NCBI GenBank assembly: GCA_027486795.1
Contig: JAIXOI010000012.1
Span: 2,425-66,424 of the forward strand
Direction of reading: 5' to 3'
Length of the DNA stretch: 64,000 nucleotides
Source of the DNA: Sphingobacteriales bacterium
GTDB lineage: Bacteria > Bacteroidota > Bacteroidia > Chitinophagales > CAIOSU01
The translations under genes were made by a program, and so were the position numbers. The notes beneath the pieces are model-generated. The model made no database searches, was not told where the DNA came from, and saw only the letters and a program-made list of their open reading frames with translations. Positions 9,048-16,451 of the stretch are shown here, piece after piece. Within the stretch, counting starts at the first letter, position 1. Every line of letters begins with the position of its first letter.

Positions 9048-9123
9048 TCGGGGTGGCAGGATTAGAACCTGTGACCCTCCCGATTTAAAATCGGGATGCG
9101 CTACCGGACTGCGCTACACCCCG
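9048..9123 (-). tRNA. aberrant tRNA-Pro paralog with anticodon TTA (would read UAA); either a suppressor-like tRNA or a pseudogene
   Basis: Acceptor stem, D arm and discriminator are identical to tRNA-Pro. The anticodon arm is TCCCGA-TTTTAAA-TCGGGA, which is 2 nt longer than normal. The T arm ACAGG-TTCTAAT-CCTGC has an A:C mismatch and a pyrimidine at position 57. Confidence 0.45.
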
Positions 9124-9302
9124 TCTTTGCATTTTTTTGGTATCGCTACCACCGAGCAGCTTTTCCGGAACTTGCTACCCGTACTTTTTAAGTGGTGCAA
9201 AGGTACTTGAAAAAAACTCAATCAGAAAAACAATTTTAAATCTTTTTACCAGTAAAAAGCTATCTAACTGCCAATCCTTTCAAAATCAATTACCTATCCA
9301 CT

Positions 9303-9331
9303 AAAAAACCCACCATTCAAGTGCTGGTGGG
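9303..9331 (-). terminator. rho-independent terminator after tRNA-Ser
   Basis: Stem cccacca/tggtggg (9309-9315 and 9325-9331), followed on the minus strand by TTTTTT. Confidence 0.7.
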
Positions 9332-9335
9332 CTTT

Positions 9336-9423
9336 GCGGAGAGTGAGGGATTCGAACCCTCGGTACCGTTACCAGTACAACAGTTTAGCAAACTGTCCCA
9401 TTCGGCCACTCTGGCAACTCTCC
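9336..9423 (-). tRNA. tRNA-Ser (anticodon GCT), class II with long variable arm
   Basis: The reverse strand reads GGAGAGTTGCCAGAGTGGCCGAATGGG ACAGT TTGCTAA ACTGT TGTACTGGTAACGGTACC GAGGG TTCGAAT CCCTC ACTCTCC. Confidence 0.9.
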
Positions 9424-9535
9424 GTTAAATTGGGAATGCAAATCTAATAAAATACTGGCATTTACTAGCAGGTTCCGCATTTTTTTAGGAAAAATAAGCA
9501 CCCCATCACAAAGCTTCTTCTTAATCCCTTAAAAA

Positions 9536-9563
9536 TCAAAAGCCCCCGAAAAATTTCGAGGGC
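9536..9563 (-). terminator. rho-independent terminator after gltA
   Basis: The minus-strand RNA reads CCCUCGAA-AUUU-UUCGGGGG followed by CUUUUGAU. It starts about 15 nt after the gltA stop. Confidence 0.6.
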
Positions 9564-9578
9564 CTCTGTTGGTTATTT

Positions 9579-10865
9579 TTATCGCTTCTCAATTGGCTTC
9601 CAGTCGCGTAGCGGGTAGCCAGTGTATATTTGGCGTGGGCGGCCAATAGGCTGGTTCTCGTCAATCATTTCTTTCCATTGGGCAATCCATCCTGGTAGGC
9701 GGCCCAATGCAAACAGCGGGGTAAACATTTCTACAGGGAAACCCATAGCGCGATAAATGATACCTGAGTAAAAATCTACGTTAGGGAACAATTTACGCTC
9801 AATAAAGTAAGGGTCTTTCAAGGCCGTTTCTTCCAATTTCTTGGCTATTTCCAAAACGGGGTCATTAATACCTAGTTTGTTCAATACCTTGTCGCAAGCG
9901 TCTTTAATCAACAAAGCGCGTGGGTCGAAGTTTTTGTAAACACGGTGACCAAAGCCCATCAAACGGAACGGGTCGTTTTTGTCTTTCGCTTTATTAATCC
10001 ACTTTTCAGTATCGCCACCATCCGCTTTAATGTTCTCCAACATTTCAATTACTTGTTGGTTGGCACCACCATGCAATGGGCCCCAAAGCGCCGCAATGCC
10101 AGCAGAGATAGCTGCATATAGGTTGGCTTGCGATGAACCTACGATACGCACCGTAGATGTTGAGCAGTTTTGCTCGTGGTCGGCGTGCAATATCAATAGT
10201 TTGTTCATGGCCTCAACAATTACAGGATCTACCTCAAAGTTTTCGGTAACATTGCCGAAGGTCATGTAAAGGTAGTTGGTTACGTAGTCAAGGTTATTGT
10301 TTGGGTATATAATCGGGTGGCCGATAGACTTTTTGTATACCATACCTACGATAGTTGGCATTTTGGCCAACATACGGAACATGGTAAGGCGCTTGGCCTC
10401 ATCGTTGCGGTTAGGATTTAAAGATGCTGGGTAGAATGAAGACAATGAAGATACCATGGCAATCAATTGCCCCATTGGGTGGCTATTGGTTGGGTATGCG
10501 TCAAAAATCTTCTTCATATCCTCATGAACCAAGGTATGGCGGCTAATTTTGGTTTCGAAAGCAGCCAACTGCTCTTTGTTCGGCAACTCGCCGTTAAACA
10601 GCATATAGCATACTTCCATGTATGATGCATGGTTGGTAAGGTCCTCAATGCTGTATCCACCATGACGAAGGATACCTTCTTCACCATCGAGGTACGTAAG
10701 CTTACTTGTGGTAGCACCTGTATTCTTATAGCCAGTATCAAGCGTTACATAACCGGTTTGGTCACGCAATTTACTGATATCAATTGCTTTTTCATTTTCC
10801 GAACCAGTAAATACTGGGAACTCGTATTCTTTACCTTCAAGAATGAGTTTCGCTGTTTCCGACAT
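9579..10865 (-). CDS. gltA: citrate synthase
   Basis: 428-aa ORF with LHADHEQNCSTSTVR, GPLHGGANQ and GFGHRVYKNFDPR signatures. Confidence 0.95.
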   Translation of the reverse strand: MSETAKLILEGKEYEFPVFTGSENEKAIDISKLRDQTGYVTLDTGYKNTGATTSKLTYLDGEEGILRHGGYSIEDLTNHASYMEVCYMLFNGELPNKEQLAAFETKISRHTLVHEDMKKIFDAYPTNSHPMGQLIAMVSSLSSFYPASLNPNRNDEAKRLTMFRMLAKMPTIVGMVYKKSIGHPIIYPNNNLDYVTNYLYMTFGNVTENFEVDPVIVEAMNKLLILHADHEQNCSTSTVRIVGSSQANLYAAISAGIAALWGPLHGGANQQVIEMLENIKADGGDTEKWINKAKDKNDPFRLMGFGHRVYKNFDPRALLIKDACDKVLNKLGINDPVLEIAKKLEETALKDPYFIERKLFPNVDFYSGIIYRAMGFPVEMFTPLFALGRLPGWIAQWKEMIDENQPIGRPRQIYTGYPLRDWKPIEKR

Positions 10866-11047
10866 ATCGCTAATTAGAATAAGGGTTTCAAGGATGTTAC
10901 GAAATTACACAATGAAAGCTTAAATCAAAACTAATTAGAGCGGTAACATTTGTTAAAATGCAAAAAGTAGCCGTTTGGGGTTAAATAGCAGCTTATATTT
11001 AATCGTTAAAGGGTTAACTTTACCCATACACCATAACCACCATTGCT

Positions 11048-12367
11048 ATGCCCGATAGTTTAATACACAACAACACCCTTCGTTGGTTTATTAAAACCCT
11101 GAGCTTGCCGCTTCCTTTGCCTCCGGTGCTTAAGCGCAGCGAAGCTCCTTATACTAAAGATGTTTTATCGGGATTTAAGGTTAAAATAAATGGAAGTGCA
11201 GCCTTAGGCGCTTTGCTTCAAGCTGCAGGTGCCATAACTGTGGAAGGAACCGAGCCTGTAGATGCACTGGTTTATGACCTAGATGGGCCAAAAACCGCAG
11301 CCGAACTAGACCAGTTGCACCTGTTTTTTAGCAACAGCCTAGGGCAGCTAAAACGTAACGGGCGTGTGCTGGTTGTGCAGCGTTTAGCCGCTAGCAATGC
11401 CGAAGCGGCTGCCGCGCAGCGTGCCGTTGATGGCATGGTGCGCACTATTGCCAAAGAGCAAGGCCGCAAAGGCGTAACCGCCAACAGAATAGCTTACACG
11501 GGCACTTGGCAAGAAATGCAAAGCCGCATTGAAGGGCCTTTGCGTTTTCTGTTGAGCCGTTATGCAGCTTTTATTGATGGACAAACCATTTGGTTGGATA
11601 GCACGGTAAATGCTCCTGCACAATTGCCACTTGTAAAACCACTAGCAGGCAAAACCGCTTTAGTAACGGGTGCCGCACGTGGCATTGGTGCTGCAATTGC
11701 CAAAAGCCTAGCCCGTGAAGGTGCTAAAGTAATAGTAGTTGATAGGCCCAATGAGGCTGAAATAGCTGGCAAATTGGTTGCCGAAATTAACGGCGAATTA
11801 CTATTGCAGGATATTAGTACGCCCGATGCGCCCAAAGCGCTCGCCAATTTTTTGGAGGCGAACAAACTTACCTTAGATATACTAGTGCATAATGCCGGCA
11901 TAACCCGCGACAAAACCCTAGCCAAAATGGATGCCGAGCGCTGGGAGCAAGTGCTGAACATTAATTTTAAAGCCATACTGCGCATCAATGAAGTGCTTTT
12001 GCCTAAATTAAACGATGGTGGGCGAATGATATTAATGTCGTCCATCTCTGGTTTTTCGGGCAACTTTGGGCAGGCAAACTATGCCGCTACTAAAGCTGCC
12101 TTAATAGGGTATGCCGCAGCCTTGGCCAAAGAGGTTTCAAGCAGAGGTATTACCGTTAATGCTATAGCCCCAGGTTTTATAGAAACAGCCATGACCGCCA
12201 AAATGCCGCTAATGACCCGCGAAGGTGGCCGCCGCCTGAGTAACCTGCAACAAGGTGGTTTGCCAGAAGATATTGCCGAGGCGACCCTATTCCTAGTAAG
12301 CCCAGGTGCAGTAGGTGTTACAGGGCAAACTTTGAGGGTTTGTGGGGGTAGTATGATTGGGGCATAG
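11048..12367 (+). CDS. long (high-molecular-weight FabG-like) short-chain dehydrogenase/reductase
   Basis: 439-aa ORF. The C-terminal ~250 aa form a classical SDR (TGAARGIGAAIA, NAG, S...YAATKAA). The ~190-aa N-terminal extension resembles that of FabG4-type enzymes. Confidence 0.8.
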   Translation: MPDSLIHNNTLRWFIKTLSLPLPLPPVLKRSEAPYTKDVLSGFKVKINGSAALGALLQAAGAITVEGTEPVDALVYDLDGPKTAAELDQLHLFFSNSLGQLKRNGRVLVVQRLAASNAEAAAAQRAVDGMVRTIAKEQGRKGVTANRIAYTGTWQEMQSRIEGPLRFLLSRYAAFIDGQTIWLDSTVNAPAQLPLVKPLAGKTALVTGAARGIGAAIAKSLAREGAKVIVVDRPNEAEIAGKLVAEINGELLLQDISTPDAPKALANFLEANKLTLDILVHNAGITRDKTLAKMDAERWEQVLNINFKAILRINEVLLPKLNDGGRMILMSSISGFSGNFGQANYAATKAALIGYAAALAKEVSSRGITVNAIAPGFIETAMTAKMPLMTREGGRRLSNLQQGGLPEDIAEATLFLVSPGAVGVTGQTLRVCGGSMIGA

Positions 12368-12420
12368 ATAACTTTTTGAGGTTAAAATCCGTTATATTTA
12401 ACGTAATAAAATTAGATGCG

Positions 12421-12654
12421 ATGGGAAAGCTAACGAAAGAAGAAAAAATTGAGGATATAACAAGAATACTCAATCATCAAACTGATGATTATTTGCTTGA
12501 TAAATTACATACCATATTGAAAGCTTCAGAAGGTAAAACTGAAAGAGAATTGTTACTAGAAAGTATCCGTCGTGGAGAAGAAGATATTAAACATGGTAGG
12601 GTATATACTCCTGAACAAGCTCTTGAACGTATCAATAAGTACTTCACAAAATGA
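12421..12654 (+). CDS. putative antitoxin of a ParE/RelE-type toxin-antitoxin pair
   Basis: About 77 aa from the internal ATG (MGKLTKEEK...). The stop overlaps the toxin start in an ATGA. The tail ...RRGEEDIKHGRVYTPEQALERI resembles antitoxin C-termini. The family is not recognised with certainty. Confidence 0.55.
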   Translation: MGKLTKEEKIEDITRILNHQTDDYLLDKLHTILKASEGKTERELLLESIRRGEEDIKHGRVYTPEQALERINKYFTK

Positions 12655-12953
12655 AGGTTGTTGTTACCGATGCGGCGGTTGAGAGCTTAGAAAGTATTAT
12701 TGATTTTGTCGGTTATACCGCAGGACAAGCTAAAGCCTTGTTAATTGGTAAAACTTTGATTGCCGAAGCATTAAACCTTAATAACTTCCCGTATAAAGGA
12801 GCAATTGAACCGTTGCTTGAAGATCAAACAATTGAGTTTAGACGAGTAATAATTGAGGATCGCTACAAGATTGTCTACCACATTGGCAGTGAAGCTATCT
12901 ATGTATTTAGGTTCTTCGATACCCGCCAAAACCCTTCAAAAATGAAAGGCTAA
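12651..12953 (+). CDS. type II toxin, ParE/RelE superfamily
   Basis: 100-aa ORF with the pattern ...FPYKGAIEP...EFRRVIIEDRYKIVYHIGSEAIYVFRFFDTRQNP, typical of plasmid-stabilisation ParE-like toxins. There is a 4-nt overlap with the upstream small gene. Confidence 0.75.
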   Translation: MKVVVTDAAVESLESIIDFVGYTAGQAKALLIGKTLIAEALNLNNFPYKGAIEPLLEDQTIEFRRVIIEDRYKIVYHIGSEAIYVFRFFDTRQNPSKMKG

Positions 12954-12961
12954 AAATTACC

Positions 12962-13486
12962 ATGACCAAAATAGGCCTTATATCCGACACCCACAGCCAC
13001 CTCGACCCGAAGGTGTTTGAGTACTTTAAGGACGTAGACGAAATTTGGCATGCGGGCGACGTAGGCGATATTGAAGTGATACAAAAGCTGGCTGCCTTTA
13101 AGCCCGTGCGAGGCGTTTATGGCAATATTGATGGCAACGATGTAAGGGCCCAGTACCCATTGGATAACCGTTTCACTATTGAAGGGGTGGATGTTTGGAT
13201 AACCCACATTGGTGGCTACCCAGGCAAATATGCGGGCCGCGTGCGCTCTATTCTACAAATAAATCCGCCCAAAGTATTCATTTGCGGGCATTCGCATATA
13301 CTCAAAGTTATGCGCGACCCACAATACAATAACATGCTCTGCCTCAACCCCGGTGCCGCTGGCATTGAGGGTTTCCATAAAATAAAAACCCTGCTGCGTT
13401 TCTCTATTGATAAAGGACAAGTAAAAGATATGGAGGTGGTTGAAATGGGCAAACGCGGGGCTTTGCCTGGGAACGCTGCTGGGTAA
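12962..13486 (+). CDS. metallophosphoesterase (YfcE/MJ0936-like)
   Basis: 174-aa ORF with motifs ISDTH, HAGD, GNIDG and CGHSH. Confidence 0.85.
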   Translation: MTKIGLISDTHSHLDPKVFEYFKDVDEIWHAGDVGDIEVIQKLAAFKPVRGVYGNIDGNDVRAQYPLDNRFTIEGVDVWITHIGGYPGKYAGRVRSILQINPPKVFICGHSHILKVMRDPQYNNMLCLNPGAAGIEGFHKIKTLLRFSIDKGQVKDMEVVEMGKRGALPGNAAG

Positions 13487-13549
13487 ATGCAAACAAAAAA
13501 AGGAGCGCAAATTACTTTGCACTCCTCCCTATATATCAGTTCATAAGAT

Positions 13550-15205
13550 TTATTGCACGCTCCTGTGCCCAACCCAAACAAAGCGCTTGCTTACATATTC
13601 TGGGTTCGTAAAGCTGGCATTACCCGCTGGGTTGCCACCCGTTACATGGAAATCGCTAAAGGCAGCGTGTTGGTTTACCCAAATGTTGCCGGTAAGGTTT
13701 AACGATACCGGGGTGAATACCGATTCCATTTCCTCAAAAATATGCGTGGCCATTTCGGCATCGGTAGTATAAGCCGCACAAGTTATGGCACCGTGTTCGT
13801 TTGCCATTTTCTTAGCCAACTCAACCGATTGATTGGTATCCTTGGTTTTGATTATCAATACAATTGGGCCAAACAGTTCCTTTTCGTAAATAGCCGCATC
13901 TGCCGCATCCACTTCAATAATAGAAGGCGAATATACACGGGCTTCTGGGTATTCGGCATTGGCTACATCAGTTCCTTCCAACAATACTTTACCCCCTAAC
14001 TTGCCGCTGTTTTTAGCTCGCTCGTAGGTTGCATCGCTTTGGATGGCTCCCAAAGTACCTGGGCCCGCTTTAGGGTGGCCAGTAAGGCCAGCAACTGCGC
14101 CTTTAAAGCCGTTTACTACATCCTCATAGCTCACCAAGCCCTCTGCAGTTTGTACACCACCAGCAGGTATAAAAAAGTTTTGTGGGGCGGTACACATTTG
14201 GCCACTATACAACGATACGGCAAACGATAGATTCCCCAAAACCGCTTTCAAGTCGGTTACGCTGTCCAGTATTACGCTATTCACGCCAGCCTTTTCGGTA
14301 AATACCACTTTGTTTGGCAGCGCTTCAATATAATTACCGAAACTACTGCTGCCCGTATAGTCAATTACTTTCACGTCTGGGTGCTCGGCAAGCTCTTTTG
14401 TAATTAGCTTTGAGCTACTATCCACGGCCAACTGAACCACATCGGGATTATAGCCATGTGCTTTCAATGCTTTGCGTATTTCGGCTACCACCACAGCAAT
14501 TGGCAACACCGATTTAGGATGAGGCTTCAATATAACAGGGTTGCCGGTAATCAAGCTGGCGTATAGGCCCGGCACGCTGTTCCAAACCGGGAAGGTAGAA
14601 CAACCAATAACCAAACCAACGCCCTTGGCCACTGGCTTAAACTGCTTGTGCAATATTACTGAAGTGGGGCCCATGGGCTTTTCCCAAATCAACGAAGCAG
14701 GGAAACGAGTCAACTCTTGGTAACCTAGCGCTAAAGCCTCCAAAGCCCTATCGTTGCTATGCGGACCACTAGCCTGAAAGCTCATCATATAGGCCTGTCC
14801 CGTAGTATGCTGGGTAGCTTGGGCTATAAGGTGGAAGTGCTCTTTAATAGCTTCCAAAGAATCAACCAACACCTCTGCCCTATCATCAGGGCTAACGTTT
14901 TTCCAAGTTTTGAAAGCTGCATTCGCGCGGCTAACCAAGGTTTCGGTGCTAAAAGTTGGATAAGTGATACCCAAATCTTTGCCCGTGTATGGCGAGCGCT
15001 CCTCTCCTACCCAACCTTCGGCACCGTCTTGGCCTAGGTCGGTGTATTTCTGGCCCAATAGGCTATTAAACGTTTCCAAGGCTTTGCCTGGGGCCTCTTC
15101 GCCATAGGCTTTCGGGTGTTCAGGGTATTGGGCAAAATATAGGCGGTCGTGAATGGCTTTCACCGCATTATCAATTATCGAACGAAATTCGTCTCTTAAT
15201 GGCAT
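13550..15205 (-). CDS. aldehyde dehydrogenase family protein (PaaN-like)
   Basis: The ORF is open to 15271, but MPLRDEF at 15205 is the likelier start. It has a catalytic Cys context (SGQMCTAPQNFFIP), FTEKAGVN, and a length of about 551 aa as in PaaN-type enzymes. Confidence 0.8.
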   Translation of the reverse strand: MPLRDEFRSIIDNAVKAIHDRLYFAQYPEHPKAYGEEAPGKALETFNSLLGQKYTDLGQDGAEGWVGEERSPYTGKDLGITYPTFSTETLVSRANAAFKTWKNVSPDDRAEVLVDSLEAIKEHFHLIAQATQHTTGQAYMMSFQASGPHSNDRALEALALGYQELTRFPASLIWEKPMGPTSVILHKQFKPVAKGVGLVIGCSTFPVWNSVPGLYASLITGNPVILKPHPKSVLPIAVVVAEIRKALKAHGYNPDVVQLAVDSSSKLITKELAEHPDVKVIDYTGSSSFGNYIEALPNKVVFTEKAGVNSVILDSVTDLKAVLGNLSFAVSLYSGQMCTAPQNFFIPAGGVQTAEGLVSYEDVVNGFKGAVAGLTGHPKAGPGTLGAIQSDATYERAKNSGKLGGKVLLEGTDVANAEYPEARVYSPSIIEVDAADAAIYEKELFGPIVLIIKTKDTNQSVELAKKMANEHGAITCAAYTTDAEMATHIFEEMESVFTPVSLNLTGNIWVNQHAAFSDFHVTGGNPAGNASFTNPEYVSKRFVWVGHRSVQ

Positions 15206-15276
15206 ATCGTTTTGGTTTTTTAGCGGGTGTATTGAGATTTTAAAACTAGTGTAAAAGGGAGGAATAAACAAATGGG

Positions 15277-15304
15277 TTTCGAGTTGCGAGTTATAGGTTG
15301 CGAG
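15277..15304. repeat. weak heptamer tract TTTCGAG TTGCGAG TTATAGG TTGCGAG
   Basis: Read directly. It lies in the 45-nt spacer between the stop at 15317 and the leader of the aldehyde dehydrogenase gene. Confidence 0.35.
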
Positions 15305-15316
15305 CTGGAATTCGAA

Positions 15317-15781
15317 TTAATCAATGCTTTTAATTACCAACTGCTGCCCATTGAATACTGGCCCATCACCTACCCGCTTGCCCATCAACACTGCTGCAAT
15401 TGGTGCAGTGGGTGATACGGCATAGTATAGCATACTGTCCAAAGTAATTTTACCCAACCCAACAGAGATATAAAAGCTGCCCTTATCAGTTATGGCTAAA
15501 CTACCCAATTGTATGGTTTCGGCAGGGGGCAGCATGGTGTTTATAGCTTGTAAAGATAGCAGCAACTCTTCGGCCTGGCGCAGTTGGTGGCCAGCACGCT
15601 CCTGCTCTAACTGAATCATGGCTCGGCCCGTTTCGTGCTTATCGCCAGCGGTGCTCTTGCTCTCGCTGCCCAATGCATCCTTTAGCTCCGCCATAATGGC
15701 ATTAAGATTAGATACCTGCTCTAGAGCTATAGTAAGGCAATGCTGGTGAAGTTGTTGTTTGTTTGAAATCGATCCTAACAT
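15317..15781 (-). CDS. hypothetical protein with a coiled-coil N-terminus and a GreA/GreB C-terminal-like domain
   Basis: 154-aa ORF. The C-terminal ...YYAVSPTAPIAAVLMGKRVGDGPVFNGQQLVIKSI resembles the GreA C-terminal FKBP-like fold motif (SP.SPIG.ALLGKKVGD). Confidence 0.5.
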   Translation of the reverse strand: MLGSISNKQQLHQHCLTIALEQVSNLNAIMAELKDALGSESKSTAGDKHETGRAMIQLEQERAGHQLRQAEELLLSLQAINTMLPPAETIQLGSLAITDKGSFYISVGLGKITLDSMLYYAVSPTAPIAAVLMGKRVGDGPVFNGQQLVIKSID

Positions 15782-15806
15782 CGGGCAAAGATAGCACGGC
15801 TAAAGC

Positions 15807-16433
15807 CTAATCCAATTGCTTTTTACACTTATCGCATAACTTTAGCTCCGCATTATCAACCGTCGCAATGCTCTCAACCGCATCCGTAATTACACATTTT
15901 TTGTCGGGGCAATGCGGCAAGCCAAAGTTGTGGCCTAGCTCGTGCACACAAACCTTGGCCAATCGGTTTTTTGTGAGTGGCGTATTAAAATCGCCCAACC
16001 GAAAGGTTGAAATGACACAAGCACTCCCTGGCCTATAACCCAACCCGAAAATGCCGAAATCGGTATACTTGCTTGCCGGTTTTTTGATGCTACCATCGGC
16101 TGCATATTTGGTTATGCAAACATCCTTGCTGGTCAGTCCCATAACAAAATCCACGCTATCGGGCTTTTCTCTCCTCAGTATGGCAATAGTAGTATCGGCG
16201 CGATAACGGGGCCCTTTAAAACTTGTATAAGCAGCCTCAAACGGGGGCTTAGATGCTAAAATTATAACCTTAACCTCATAAACACTGTCCAACGCGGCTT
16301 TAACCAAATCTAGTTGGCTTTGAGAAATGTTTCCCAAAGGCTGCAATGCCACCACCTGTACCTCTTGTTTGCACGCTGAGTTTAGCAATATAATTGCAAT
16401 AATAACAATTGTAGATAACCCTTTCATTCGCAT
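15807..16433 (-). CDS. archaemetzincin-like (M54) zinc metalloprotease, predicted lipoprotein
   Basis: The sequence HELGHNFGLPHCPDKKCVI-x17-CDKC matches the archaemetzincin signature HExxHxxGxxxCxxxxCxM-x17-CxxC, apart from M to I. The N-terminus IILLNSAC resembles a lipobox. Confidence 0.7.
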   Translation of the reverse strand: MRMKGLSTIVIIAIILLNSACKQEVQVVALQPLGNISQSQLDLVKAALDSVYEVKVIILASKPPFEAAYTSFKGPRYRADTTIAILRREKPDSVDFVMGLTSKDVCITKYAADGSIKKPASKYTDFGIFGLGYRPGSACVISTFRLGDFNTPLTKNRLAKVCVHELGHNFGLPHCPDKKCVITDAVESIATVDNAELKLCDKCKKQLD

Positions 16434-16451
16434 AATAACCTCGCTATTTGT

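Noticed and set aside
8211-9578. tRNA cluster as the border of an intact genomic island or prophage
   Set aside because: No integrase, transposase or phage genes occur on either side. Only a GIY-YIG ORF and short tRNA-like remnants are present, so at most this is a decayed scar.
11024-11044. CCATACA CCATAAC CACCATT directly before the SDR start codon as another heptamer tract
   Set aside because: It has only about three loosely similar units, too weak to separate from chance. I mention it only because it fits the pattern seen elsewhere.
15206-15271. 22-codon N-terminal extension of the aldehyde dehydrogenase ORF (MFIPPFYTSFKISIHPLKNQND)
   Set aside because: It is low-complexity and not signal-like. 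The internal MPLRDEF start gives a typical N-terminus, so the extension is probably untranslated leader.
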